This document shows, piece by piece, positions 1-8,670 of a stretch of DNA of 37,685 nucleotides (its first letter is position 1; each line of letters starts with the position of its first letter). The position numbers and the translations under genes were made by a program. Source of the stretch: a virus (Duplodnaviria > Caudoviricetes); IMG/VR virus record IMGVR_UViG_3300048786_000060, positions 1-37,685 of that record, one strand, 5' to 3'. A model generated the notes under the pieces. It was not told where the DNA came from, made no database searches, and saw nothing but the letters and a program-made list of their open reading frames with translations.

Positions 1-60
1 GGCTCCAACTGGGGTAGTGCCCCGTCGTCTGTCCAATACCTGACCGCGTAGGAGACGCAA

Positions 61-1071
61 ATGCTGTTTGGTGGACGACGTATCTCAGGATTCATCACCA
101 GATGGACTGTTGCGGGCGATGCGACGGCGCGCACCATTACGCTTCCGCTCGTCAATACGCGGGCAGAAGGCGCGCTCGCCTACAACTGTACCGTCGACTG
201 GGGAGACGGCTCCGCGTTGTCGACTGTTACGACGTACAACGACGCCAACCGCGTTCACACGTATGCGAGCAACGGCACCTACAACGTTGAGATCAAAGGC
301 ACCTGTGAGGGGTGGAGCTTCAACAACGGCGGGGACAAGCTCAAAATCGTAGCCGTCGTCAACTGGGGAACCGTCGGCGGTCACAACGGCTGGAAGTACC
401 TGGCCCACGGATTCGACGGTTGCACAAACCTGACCAGTCTTGGTCTTGGTAGCATCCTAGCGAGAGGGACGGGTATTCTTACGGACGGGTTCGCTTACAC
501 ATTCCAGAATTGCAGTTCGTTGGCTTCTCTCCCCGCCGACTTGTTCCGCTACAACACGGCGGTATCAACGCTCGGGTTCGCTTACACATTCCAGAATTGC
601 ACCAAACTGCAAGTGCCGTCTAACACGTTTTATGAACCTGGCGAGGAGGCGACACGCTTCCTTAACCAGGCATCTGACTTCACGTATGCATTTTGGCGCA
701 ATCCCTTCTCTGGCACGCAAGGCACAGCCCCTACATTGTGGCTATGCGACTACGGCGAAACCATCACGCTCGACGTTGCGCCCGTCACCGACTGGGTAGG
801 TGGTGACATCATCACAGGACAGACAAGTGCCACGACGGCGGTTGTAGTGGCGAAGGTCTCCACATATGTTTACAAGATCAAGCAGCACTTCGGAGTTTTC
901 ACACTCGGAGAAGTCATCGGCGTGACAGGCAACGCCAACAAACTTGCCGACCAAGGCGCTGCCAATCCAACCTTTGCGGGCGGGCCGGTCTCTGCCGGTT
1001 GCTTCGCCGGCGCTGGCAATTCAATCGCATCTCTCAGCAACTACAACGACATCCCTGCATCTTGGAAATAG
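61..1071 (+). CDS. Tail/receptor-associated protein with PKD-like domain and BspA/DUF285-like leucine-rich repeats
   Basis: 'VDWGDG...HTYASNGTYNVEIKG' is PKD-like; LRR-like repeats 'FDGCTNLTSL', 'FQNCSSLASLPADLF', 'FQNCTKL'; RBS GGAG upstream; located just before the lysis genes. Confidence 0.6.
   Translation: MLFGGRRISGFITRWTVAGDATARTITLPLVNTRAEGALAYNCTVDWGDGSALSTVTTYNDANRVHTYASNGTYNVEIKGTCEGWSFNNGGDKLKIVAVVNWGTVGGHNGWKYLAHGFDGCTNLTSLGLGSILARGTGILTDGFAYTFQNCSSLASLPADLFRYNTAVSTLGFAYTFQNCTKLQVPSNTFYEPGEEATRFLNQASDFTYAFWRNPFSGTQGTAPTLWLCDYGETITLDVAPVTDWVGGDIITGQTSATTAVVVAKVSTYVYKIKQHFGVFTLGEVIGVTGNANKLADQGAANPTFAGGPVSAGCFAGAGNSIASLSNYNDIPASWK
486..601 (+). repeat. 29-bp direct repeat CGGGTTCGCTTACACATTCCAGAATTGCA (486-514, 573-601)
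   Basis: Exact duplication with an 87-nt period, encoding GFAYTFQNC twice (one LRR unit). Confidence 0.85.
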
Positions 1072-1080
1072 GAGATCACC

Positions 1081-1503
1081 ATGGCCACGAACATCAATCT
1101 CACGACCAACATTCCCGTCGTCAACAACATTGCGAACATCGTCAAGTGGGGCGCAATTCACGCCGAAGACTTCGACACGGAGACGCCACCCTACCTGATC
1201 ATCAAAGTCCAGGCGTACGGGAGCGGAGCTGGCTCATCGTACCCCTACGCCAATGCCTTCACTCTCTGCATTCGCGATGGCAGCGCGCTATCGACGTGCC
1301 TGAGGGTGAAGGGCACACCACAGAAAATGGATGACCAGCTCGAAGTGTTTGACCAAGTCATCGGCGGGACCCCATACACGACCCTTGCGGCGCTGTACGC
1401 GGCGAACGTCACGGGAGGGGCAACAAACGCCAAGCGGCTGCAGGCACTACAGGGCGGGATGGTTGCGGCCGGGGCGGTGTCGGCAGCGTTCGCGGGAACA
1501 TAG
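1081..1503 (+). CDS. Hypothetical virion-associated protein
   Basis: RBS AGGAG, clean 140-aa ORF following the tail gene. Confidence 0.65.
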   Translation: MATNINLTTNIPVVNNIANIVKWGAIHAEDFDTETPPYLIIKVQAYGSGAGSSYPYANAFTLCIRDGSALSTCLRVKGTPQKMDDQLEVFDQVIGGTPYTTLAALYAANVTGGATNAKRLQALQGGMVAAGAVSAAFAGT

Positions 1504-1566
1504 CCTAGCCCATGCACCCCACCCACGAAAACACGCCGCGGCCGTTGACCTGATAGGAGTAGCACC

Positions 1567-1986
1567 ATGGGCCGCCGCCACGCAGGCAGCGACGAGAAGA
1601 CGCCAACGTCGGAGCATCCAGGACAGCATCGGCGCTGCGACGACGTGGACAACCGAGGTGCGGGACATCGATTGATAGACGACCTGCACATCCCCGCGCA
1701 GCGCGCGCTGCGGGAGTTCATCACGTTGATCATCACGATTGTCGTGGCGGTGGCAGGAACGGTGGGGACCGTGATCACTGCATACCGGGTACTGCAATCC
1801 GCCGACGCCCAGGCGTCTGCGCGGATCAAACAGATCGAGGACCACGTCGCCACGAAAGCCGATTTGCACGCGCTCGCGCAAAGCCTGAGACTGTGCATCG
1901 TTCAGCCGTCGTCTTGTTTTGAGCTTGACGGCGCTGGGAAAGCGGCGAACCATACAATGTCTCCCACGAAAGGACCGACACCATGA
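1567..1986 (+). CDS. Single-TM membrane protein of the lysis region (holin/antiholin-like)
   Basis: RBS AGGAG; hydrophobic segment FITLIITIVVAVAGTVGTVITAY followed by a coiled-coil-like stretch. Confidence 0.55.
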   Translation: MGRRHAGSDEKTPTSEHPGQHRRCDDVDNRGAGHRLIDDLHIPAQRALREFITLIITIVVAVAGTVGTVITAYRVLQSADAQASARIKQIEDHVATKADLHALAQSLRLCIVQPSSCFELDGAGKAANHTMSPTKGPTP

Positions 1987-2585
1987 CCAAATTGCAAACC
2001 GTTTTGCTCGCCATCGCATCGGCTATCGCCGCTGCCGCCGTGTACAAGTTCGCGCCGGGGTTTGCCGACAACGCCCTGGCCCTTGGGCTGGCCGGCCTTT
2101 GCACTACTCTGCTCGGCTGGGCCAAGCAGCACCCCGACGACGCAAAAGCGCTGGAGGCCGCGAGCACCACGACTACCGTGTCCGAGACTGTCACGAAACC
2201 CACCGAGGTCATACCCATCGCGGGAAACAAAGGCGTCGGCTACCCTGGCAAGGGTGGCGCGCTTCTGATCTTTCTCATCTCGGCGATGCTCGCTACTTCG
2301 TCCTGTGCGTGGTGGCAGAAGCACGGCCCGCAGATTGACTGCGCGGCGCTTGCGACCGTCGTGGACGCGCCCCAGCTCGTAGCCATCGTGGAGGGCTGCA
2401 TGGCCATCGCGGTCACGCCTTCCGCTATCCCGGCGTGTGTGGCTGCGGCGGCTGAGTCCAAGTGGGCCTCGGACGTTCTCGGATGCTTCGAACGGGCCGC
2501 ACAGGGTAAGGCGAGCTGTCCCGCCTTCAAGGCCGGACAGATTAAGCTCAAGGCGATGCGGGCCAGCGCAGGGGCCAGCAAGTGA
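1983..2585 (+). CDS. Multi-TM membrane protein with internal lipobox-like motif (holin/spanin-like)
   Basis: Two N-terminal hydrophobic helices, a third ending in LATSSC, Cys-rich C-terminal part; ATGA overlap with the previous gene. Confidence 0.55.
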   Translation: MTKLQTVLLAIASAIAAAAVYKFAPGFADNALALGLAGLCTTLLGWAKQHPDDAKALEAASTTTTVSETVTKPTEVIPIAGNKGVGYPGKGGALLIFLISAMLATSSCAWWQKHGPQIDCAALATVVDAPQLVAIVEGCMAIAVTPSAIPACVAAAAESKWASDVLGCFERAAQGKASCPAFKAGQIKLKAMRASAGASK

Positions 2586-2908
2586 CAAGGCCGCAAATCG
2601 CAGTCGCGCGCGGCATCGAGCAACAGCTCGATGCGCTGCCGCTCGATGACCGCATTGAGGTGCTGGTCAGCCTGCTGGTCTGGCTGGGGCCAGCGATTCA
2701 GGACGCACGCGAGCGAGTCGAGTACGAGGAAACACGATCAATTGGTGACCTACTGCTGTTCGCGCAGGCATACGTGGGGGCGCGAAGATCAAACCTCAGC
2801 CCCATGGCCGCCGCTGATTGTGCAGCCAGCGAGGTATTTTTGCTCCGTTCGGTCGACGTGGGAAAACTTTCGCCCGCAGCCAGGATCTTGGTCGAGGGGA
2901 TGAGATAG
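2582..2908 (+). CDS. Hypothetical protein
   Basis: GTGA overlap with the upstream gene, 108 aa. Confidence 0.55.
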   Translation: MTRPQIAVARGIEQQLDALPLDDRIEVLVSLLVWLGPAIQDARERVEYEETRSIGDLLLFAQAYVGARRSNLSPMAAADCAASEVFLLRSVDVGKLSPAARILVEGMR

Positions 2909-2919
2909 GAAGGTTAGTC

Positions 2920-3774
2920 GTGATCCACTTTCAGCGTCTTGGCCTAGACAAGCCCGCATCCGACTACCGCCCGCCGCGTGCAAAGCGCATGGTGATGCCA
3001 TGGCATATGCACCCCAAGACGACGCGGTTCAGCCAGCTCACCGCGAGCGACCTCACGCCGCACATGCCCCCCATTGGCGACCAGAATCGCATTGGAGCCT
3101 GCAGTGCCTACGGCACTAAGGATGGCATCTGGACGTCAATGTCAGCCGCCCAGTGTCCGCCTCCCGGGTATTTTGCGGCCCTCCCGCTGTATCGGGCTGT
3201 CCGCTGCGTGGAGCGCAGCGGGCCGAGTGAGCCTCTCACCGATTGCGGCGCGGACCCAGATGACGTCCTGAAGGTCGCGCAAGTTTGGGGCATCCAGACC
3301 TCGCAGCGAGAGTGCGGACAACCTGGCCCGTCCCGAGAACTCAGCCAGTACGAGGACCAGCACGTCAACGATGAGCCGACGTTGGAGGAGTTTCAGCAGG
3401 ACGCGACGTTTCGGATCGTGGGCGGCTTCGATATCGTTTCGACTGGTGCCCAGCGGCTGCTCGACGTGAGCAACGCGCTTGCGAGTGGGTTCGCGGTGGG
3501 CATCTCGGTTGCCGCCAGTGACGACCGCTATCAGCAGTACGACGGCGGCATCCTGGCCGACCCGCCTGCGGGGGCAGAGTTGGATCACTACAACTACCTA
3601 GCGGGACTCGACCTGTCGACGGGCTCCCCCCTGTTCGTGGGCGTGAATTCGTGGGACGTGGGATACGGCCGCGCGTGGGGCTCAGCCCCAGGCGGATGCT
3701 GGCTTGGCGGCTCGGCCATCATCCACGCGTCTGATCGCCTCGTCGTCTATGCCGTCCAAGGAGCCACCACATGA
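2920..3774 (+). CDS. Papain-like (C1) cysteine peptidase
   Basis: DQNRIGACSAY (oxyanion Gln and catalytic Cys), DHYNY (His), VNSW (Asn-Ser-Trp); GTG start after AGGAAGG. Confidence 0.8.
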   Translation: MIHFQRLGLDKPASDYRPPRAKRMVMPWHMHPKTTRFSQLTASDLTPHMPPIGDQNRIGACSAYGTKDGIWTSMSAAQCPPPGYFAALPLYRAVRCVERSGPSEPLTDCGADPDDVLKVAQVWGIQTSQRECGQPGPSRELSQYEDQHVNDEPTLEEFQQDATFRIVGGFDIVSTGAQRLLDVSNALASGFAVGISVAASDDRYQQYDGGILADPPAGAELDHYNYLAGLDLSTGSPLFVGVNSWDVGYGRAWGSAPGGCWLGGSAIIHASDRLVVYAVQGATT

Positions 3775-4046
3775 GACGCTTCATCTTCGCTCTCACGGTT
3801 TCGTTCTGTGGCTGCGGCGCCACGTGTGCGACCGGCATTCAGCCCGGGCCGCAGCCTACGCCGACGGCCGCCACGGCCTGTGACAACCTGGCCCGGCTGG
3901 GCTGCCCTGGCGGCATCGACTCGACATGCGTAGTCATCCTCCAACAGATGGTCGACCAGCACATGACCCGCATCGACCTGGGCTGCCTAACCGGCGCACA
4001 GACGCAGGATGCGGCGCGGGCGTGCGGCGGGGTGACGTGCCGATGA
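3771..4046 (+). CDS. Small Cys-rich putative lipoprotein
   Basis: Signal peptide MRRFIFALTVSFCGC, several Cys, ATGA overlap. Confidence 0.6.
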   Translation: MRRFIFALTVSFCGCGATCATGIQPGPQPTPTAATACDNLARLGCPGGIDSTCVVILQQMVDQHMTRIDLGCLTGAQTQDAARACGGVTCR

Positions 4047-4384
4047 GCCGCCGCACGAAATACGACTACCTAGTGGGCATTCGTGAAAAGCGCGAGGTAT
4101 CTCCGTCTGGCCAGGGCGCCGCGAACTTCTGCGAGAACCACCGTAGCGGGTGCCCCACGTGGTCAATTGGGCAGAGGTTCTACAACCCCGGCTGCCGCAT
4201 GTGCGAAGAGAAGGCCGAGAAAGACCCGACGCTGCGAACGGCCCCGACGGTGTCTGAGTTGTTTCGCCGGTACAAGGAATCCAAACGCAAGAGCGCGGCC
4301 GCGTTCAGCCGCGAGGTCGCGGCGAAGCGGGCACAGCGATTCGCGCGGCTCGGGCCGCTGGTGTTCAGGGGAGCCACACCGTGA
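4043..4384 (+). CDS. Hypothetical protein, possibly Zn-binding
   Basis: CxxH...C...CxxC; stop/start overlaps on both sides. Confidence 0.5.
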   Translation: MSRRTKYDYLVGIREKREVSPSGQGAANFCENHRSGCPTWSIGQRFYNPGCRMCEEKAEKDPTLRTAPTVSELFRRYKESKRKSAAAFSREVAAKRAQRFARLGPLVFRGATP

Positions 4385-4578
4385 CCGAAAAGCAAATTCG
4401 CGAACGATTGCAGCAGCTCGAAAAGGAGCTGGCCGATGAAAAGGCCAAGAACGAACGCGCGCAGCAGACCATCGCCGACCTGGCCCAGGCGGCGGCGTTC
4501 CCGCCGGCGCCGACCTTCACCTACTCGACGTTTACGGTCCCGCCGGCCAACCCGCCCAAGGGCAGCAAGGCGAGGTGA
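4381..4578 (+). CDS. Small coiled-coil protein
   Basis: GTGA overlaps; charged helical N-terminal half. Confidence 0.5.
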   Translation: MTEKQIRERLQQLEKELADEKAKNERAQQTIADLAQAAAFPPAPTFTYSTFTVPPANPPKGSKAR

Positions 4579-5177
4579 CCGACTACCCGCTCTGGCGACG
4601 CCGACCGCCCGCGACCTGGCCCAACGAAAGGCGAAATGTGAACATCCTCACTCAGTCAGCCCTCGACATAGCCCGTGGCTTCGTCGGCGTGAAAGAATCA
4701 GGCGGCAACAACTGCGGGCCAGAGGTCGAGGCGTGGCTGCGCCGGGTAGGGCTCGCGCCCGGCAACGCCTGGTGCATGGCGTTCGCCTGGTGCTGCGTCG
4801 ACGATGCGTTCCGCAAGTTGGAGATCCCCAACCCGATTCGACCGTGCGCCTCGGTGGTGCGAACGTGGCACGCGCTACCGGACAACTGCAAGCTGACCGA
4901 ACCGGCGCCGGGCGTGTGGGCGTTCCACCACGACAGCGCGAATCCCAACCTCGGGCACGTCGAGTTCATCGACGCCCTGGATCCGCTGGGCAAGGGGACC
5001 TACACCGTGGGCGGCAACACCAACAGCGAGGGCTCGCGCACCGGTGGCGGCGTCTGGCGGCACACGCCGGCGATTCGCCCGCTCGGATACTGGAACCTGG
5101 GCTTCGCGGACTACAGCGTCGTGGCGGCAATCTGCTTACCCACGGTAAGTACATCGGGACCGGACGTGATCCAGTAG
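4575..5177 (+). CDS. CHAP-domain endolysin (amidase/peptidase)
   Basis: ARGFVGVKESGGNNCGPEV, catalytic WCMAF (Cys), GHVEF (His), GGNT; true start may be the GTG near 4638. Confidence 0.8.
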   Translation: MTDYPLWRRRPPATWPNERRNVNILTQSALDIARGFVGVKESGGNNCGPEVEAWLRRVGLAPGNAWCMAFAWCCVDDAFRKLEIPNPIRPCASVVRTWHALPDNCKLTEPAPGVWAFHHDSANPNLGHVEFIDALDPLGKGTYTVGGNTNSEGSRTGGGVWRHTPAIRPLGYWNLGFADYSVVAAICLPTVSTSGPDVIQ

Positions 5178-5316
5178 CCACCGCGTCCAGACACGTGATA
5201 CCATGGCGGCAAGCTGTCCGTTGGGCCCGCCCAGACTGTACGCCACCGGGCCGCTGTCAGTCGCATCAAGAGCCCGGTGGAACCTACTTCCGTTTTGGAA
5301 ATAGCTGCCGCTCTGC

Positions 5317-5496
5317 CTAATTCGCCCCCAACGCTCGGAGACAAAGTTCGTCAAGTTCTTCCACGGTCAGGCAGTTAAGAACCTCTGCGCTGGTAATGTT
5401 GATCCCAGCACCAGGCACGTACCACACCGCGAACGCCATCGACGGGACGAACCCATTCGCTGTCATCACGTCGATAATTTCTTTGTCTGAAATCAT
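5317..5496 (-). CDS. Hypothetical protein
   Basis: ATG overlapping the stop of the upstream minus-strand gene. Confidence 0.45.
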   Translation of the reverse strand: MISDKEIIDVMTANGFVPSMAFAVWYVPGAGINITSAEVLNCLTVEELDELCLRALGAN

Positions 5497-5792
5497 GTAA
5501 CCCTGGCCTTCGCCCACCTTGCCCGCGCTGCCTTCCCGGCCCGCGCCTTCCGTTGAGCCGGCGTGAGCTTCGCGGCGCTGGCCCTGCCGGCTTTGCTAGC
5601 GCGCTTCGCCCGCTGCTTCGGTGTGAGTTTCGCCGCGCTCGCCTTCCCGCCCTTGGCACCGAATAGGCTGGACGAGATGGCGTTGGCGCAGATACGTGGG
5701 GCGGAAATCTTGGGGAAATGCGAGAAGAAGCACGCCGAGCAAACCGCGCTCCCCGGTGCGGCCTTGCGTGGGCAGAGAAGGCACGTCGTCAT
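5493..5792 (-). CDS. Small basic protein with N-terminal CxxC pair and repeated 'G(G/R)ASAAKLTPxQR...AARARW' motif
   Basis: Lys/Arg/Ala-rich internal duplication resembling small basic nucleic-acid-binding proteins. Confidence 0.6.
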   Translation of the reverse strand: MTTCLLCPRKAAPGSAVCSACFFSHFPKISAPRICANAISSSLFGAKGGKASAAKLTPKQRAKRASKAGRASAAKLTPAQRKARAGKAARARWAKARVT

Positions 5793-5853
5793 GACCTATC
5801 TGACCGCCAGTGCCAATGGCAGAGTGGGTGTCTCTCTGATTTTTCCGGGATGT

Positions 5854-6075
5854 TCAGCCGGTACACCGTGCTCTGCCGATTTTTGGTATCATTGGTCCAT
5901 CGTCTTCGTAGTAACATTTCCAGATGTCCATGTCGTGCGTGATCTTCTGTGCGCGATGGCAGCGCGTGCAACGGTAGGCGTTGACCTTCTTGGCTGGAGT
6001 GAGCTGCTGGTGCAGGAGCCTGCAGTAGACGGAGTCGCACAGCGACGGGACGGTCAGCGTGAGTTTCGTGCTCAT
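5854..6075 (-). CDS. Small Cys-rich hypothetical protein
   Basis: CxxxxC and CxxC; coupled to the neighbouring gene. Confidence 0.4.
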   Translation of the reverse strand: MSTKLTLTVPSLCDSVYCRLLHQQLTPAKKVNAYRCTRCHRAQKITHDMDIWKCYYEDDGPMIPKIGRARCTG

Positions 6076-6269
6076 AAAGTTTCCCCACGACTACCCAGGG
6101 CAGCATCATCTTCTCCACATGTGGCGTCGTGGGCTCCCCCGGTCGCATGGAAATAGCAACACGTTTTCCCGTCGCGTGCGACGATCTCTTCGTCGGTATC
6201 TGCCCTCAATCGACCGTGTACGGGGCACACAGGTTCGTCACAAAATACATCGCAATTACACCTAGCCAT
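6072..6269 (-). CDS. Small Cys/His-rich hypothetical protein
   Basis: RBS GGAGG; CxC...CPVHG. Confidence 0.5.
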   Translation of the reverse strand: MARCNCDVFCDEPVCPVHGRLRADTDEEIVARDGKTCCYFHATGGAHDATCGEDDAALGSRGETL

Positions 6270-6555
6270 GGCGTCCTCCTAATCTGTGCATGCACTTGCC
6301 GGGACCGTAGGCGGCGTCGAAGTCAACCTTGGTTCGGAGCGCTGGCTTATCGGCCACGAGAGAGTCGAGATGGCACTGCCGGCACTCGCACGGCTCGCGC
6401 GTGGAGTCCGCCGTGTCGAGGGCTACCTCGGCCAGTCGGCGCAGCGTCACATTGTCGCGCGCCTCGGTCTCGACGCGCTGGGGGTGCCAGCGTCCGTGGT
6501 GTAGCTCGACCACCATAGCCTGCGCGAGGGAGTGGATGCGGTCGTCGCGGGTCAT
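6262..6555 (-). CDS. Hypothetical protein
   Basis: ATGA overlap with the HNH gene; CECRQC. Confidence 0.5.
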   Translation of the reverse strand: MTRDDRIHSLAQAMVVELHHGRWHPQRVETEARDNVTLRRLAEVALDTADSTREPCECRQCHLDSLVADKPALRTKVDFDAAYGPGKCMHRLGGRHG

Positions 6556-6944
6556 GACTCCCCTGCCCTTCGGCGATGCCACAGAATTTCAAACCAAAAC
6601 ATGCAGTTGTCCTGGCTGAACTGCCGGAAGAGATCGCGCCAGCGCTCGTGTCGAAATTTATCCTCACCGCGCGACCGCCACGCCTCCAGCACGTGTGCTT
6701 TGAACTGATCGAGTGTCAGGCTTCCCTTGAGCTGATTGCAGTTGCGGCACGCGGGCAACATGTTCTCGCGTGCATTGTTACCTCCTAAAAACTTGGACCT
6801 CACGTGGTCGTATGTGACAGCAGCGCGGGCCGTGGTTTCGACCGCGCATAGCTTTCGGCCACAGTAGCTGCACTTGCGGCCAGTCTTCTCTAGCAGCCGC
6901 ACCTTATGCCGTTGGTGGATAGGGATCTGAGTATCGCACGTCAA
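6552..6944 (-). CDS. HNH endonuclease
   Basis: CSYCG...TYDHVRSKFLGG...NMLPACRNCNQLKG. Confidence 0.85.
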   Translation of the reverse strand: MTCDTQIPIHQRHKVRLLEKTGRKCSYCGRKLCAVETTARAAVTYDHVRSKFLGGNNARENMLPACRNCNQLKGSLTLDQFKAHVLEAWRSRGEDKFRHERWRDLFRQFSQDNCMFWFEILWHRRRAGES

Positions 6945-7153
6945 GGCCTTATCACCTCGTCTTTCTCGTCGGCGCAGATGGGGCGAAGCTGGGCCAGCGA
7001 CTCGGCCGCGTCCAACAGCTCGGCATAGTGCGGCCGTACCGCTATCATGAAATCCTGCTCAGCGACAGCTCGGTTGAACGGATTCCCCACAAGAGTCCGG
7101 TGCAGCAGGCTCCGCAGTTCCGCGATTCGCGCCGGCGTGAGTTGGTTTGCCAT
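6941..7153 (-). CDS. Hypothetical protein, first gene of the leftward operon
   Basis: ATG 6 nt after a promoter-like TTGCAT-N17-CACGAT. Confidence 0.55.
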   Translation of the reverse strand: MANQLTPARIAELRSLLHRTLVGNPFNRAVAEQDFMIAVRPHYAELLDAAESLAQLRPICADEKDEVIRP

Positions 7154-7159
7154 TCCCGA

Positions 7160-7230
7160 ATCGTGCGCGCGGACGCGGAAGAATGCAAGAACTTTTATCC
7201 GTTGCGGAGCGAATCGACATATGATAGCGT
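7160..7230. promoter_or_regulatory. Divergent sigma70-like promoters
   Basis: Minus strand: TTGCAT(7188-7183)-N17-CACGAT(7165-7160). Plus strand: TTGCGG(7202-7207)-N17-TAGCGT(7225-7230). Confidence 0.55.
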
Positions 7231-7236
7231 ACCCAC

Positions 7237-7419
7237 ATGGCAAGAAAACAAGGACGCCCTGAAGTAGCGGTGAAGCACGGAAGTTGCGTTTCCATCTGGC
7301 TCACCGAGGAAGAAAAGGAAACGATCAAGAAAGCTGCGGCCCAAGGGAGGTCACAGGTAGGCCCCTGGGTAGCACGCATCGCGCTCGATAGCGCCAGGCG
7401 TATCCTGGGAGTACCATGA
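7237..7419 (+). CDS. Ribbon-helix-helix-like transcriptional regulator
   Basis: GRP...VSIWLTEEEKETIKKAAAQ...VGPWVARIAL pattern, 60 aa, at the divergence point. Confidence 0.65.
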   Translation: MARKQGRPEVAVKHGSCVSIWLTEEEKETIKKAAAQGRSQVGPWVARIALDSARRILGVP

Positions 7420-7460
7420 GCCAGGTCATCTACATCTATGGTCTGTGCGACCCGCGCTAG
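7416..7460 (+). pseudogene. 14-codon stub resembling the N-terminus of a GIY-YIG endonuclease
   Basis: MSQVIYIYGLCDPR*, translationally coupled (ATGA); resembles the 'YIYxLxDPR' start of phage GIY-YIG proteins. Confidence 0.5.
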
Positions 7461-7506
7461 AGGCCATGCGCACGCACCGACGTGCTAGGCTATCGGCATG
7501 CGGCTA

Positions 7507-7558
7507 AGTAAAACTATTATAAAATATTTCTTGAATCTCTAATCCAATCCAGTAGAGT
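7507..7558 (+). promoter_or_regulatory. Sigma70-like promoter with AT-rich UP-element-like tract
   Basis: AT-rich tract in GC-rich DNA, then TTGAAT(7531-7536)-N16-TAGAGT(7553-7558). Confidence 0.6.
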
Positions 7559-7564
7559 AGGCAC

Positions 7565-7729
7565 ATGACTCCAGAACGTAAATATCTAGCTGCTCTTCGC
7601 CAGGCCGATAGCTACGACGACGTGGCCGACGCTGAGGAGCAACTGCGCCAGGACGAGCTGGCCGAGGAACTTGCAGCCGACTCAGCACAGGACGATTTTG
7701 ACGACCCGGGCGACCGAGTGCCCTACTAG
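7565..7729 (+). CDS. Small acidic protein (54 aa)
   Basis: MTPERKYLAALRQADSYDDVADAEEQLRQDELAEELAADSAQDDFDDPGDRVPY; below the ORF-track size cutoff. Confidence 0.55.
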   Translation: MTPERKYLAALRQADSYDDVADAEEQLRQDELAEELAADSAQDDFDDPGDRVPY

Positions 7730-7740
7730 GAGGAATGACG

Positions 7741-7893
7741 ATGGACCGAGAACACGAAATGCCCAGTAAAGACCCGCCTCGAAATCTGGCAGACGAGAAA
7801 TTTGATGACCTGCTGGCCTGGTTCGCGGGTGTCATCACCGGGGCCAACCAGGAACAGGCTGAGCGCGCGGTCATCGAGGGGGATTGCACATGA
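7741..7893 (+). CDS. Small hypothetical protein (50 aa)
   Basis: RBS GGAGG; ATGA overlap with the next gene. Confidence 0.5.
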   Translation: MDREHEMPSKDPPRNLADEKFDDLLAWFAGVITGANQEQAERAVIEGDCT

Positions 7894-8153
7894 CCACCGC
7901 ACCGATGGCCGCCGACCTGGTCCCGATTCTCCGCGCACACCGCAAGCCCCTGAGCGAGTGCGAGCTGGAGTTCTACGATTGGCAATTGCGCGAGGCCATG
8001 GCCGAAGACCTGCGCGCGACCCACGGCAAGAACGGCGTGCCAGAGCTGCCCGCGGTTGACGGCGGTGCGTGGACCGAATCGCTCCCCGGCGTTGTCGTCC
8101 ACGCGGCACTGTTGTTGGGCGCGGTCGCGTCGATTGGGATGGTGCTGCCATGA
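7890..8153 (+). CDS. Small protein with C-terminal TM segment
   Basis: Hydrophobic C-terminus; THGKNGVP motif shared with 12694..13371. Confidence 0.55.
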   Translation: MTTAPMAADLVPILRAHRKPLSECELEFYDWQLREAMAEDLRATHGKNGVPELPAVDGGAWTESLPGVVVHAALLLGAVASIGMVLP

Positions 8154-8389
8154 CCGCCAAGGCAGCCGCCATCGCGGCCCGTGCCAAGAAGCTCGAAGCA
8201 CAACGCCGCGAATGCACGGCGGCCACGTATCGGCAGTTCGTCTACGCAAACCGCGGCGAAGTTCCTCCGGGCAACTACTACGACGCCAGCGAGGAAGCCA
8301 AAGAGACCTGGAGAGTGCAGGCCGAAAGCGCGGCCGTGGCGCTCGGGCTGAGGACAACGACTGAACCCAACAAGGAGACCGACCAATGA
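8150..8389 (+). CDS. Hypothetical protein
   Basis: ATGA overlaps on both sides. Confidence 0.55.
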   Translation: MTAKAAAIAARAKKLEAQRRECTAATYRQFVYANRGEVPPGNYYDASEEAKETWRVQAESAAVALGLRTTTEPNKETDQ

Positions 8390-8670
8390 AGACCATCGAT
8401 ATCGTTTTTGGCGGCCCGCCTTCCCACGGGTCGGGGCGATTCGTCGAGGTGGAGAGTGACGGTAAGAGCATTAGGCTGGGCGAGTGGGTTCACCGCGCAG
8501 ACGGCTACTGGGCGCTGCGCATTCCTGACCCTGAGCACCTGAACGCGGAGTTGCAAGAAATCAGGCTCTTGGCCGCAGCCTGTTTCATCCCGAGCTGGCG
8601 GGAACTCATCCCGGCCAGGCTGGATGCTCTGCTCTTTCCCGTGCCCACGACTGAAACCAAGGAAGGATGA
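8386..8670 (+). CDS. Phage hypothetical protein
   Basis: RBS AAGGAG; 'IVFGGPPSHGSGRFVEVE...GEW' motif. Confidence 0.6.
   Translation: MKTIDIVFGGPPSHGSGRFVEVESDGKSIRLGEWVHRADGYWALRIPDPEHLNAELQEIRLLAAACFIPSWRELIPARLDALLFPVPTTETKEG

Noticed and set aside
4436-5320. 294-aa Arg-rich ORF, and similar overlapping ORFs such as 7539..8471 (-) and 21229..21954 (-)
   Set aside because: Alternative-frame artefacts of high GC overlapping better-supported genes.
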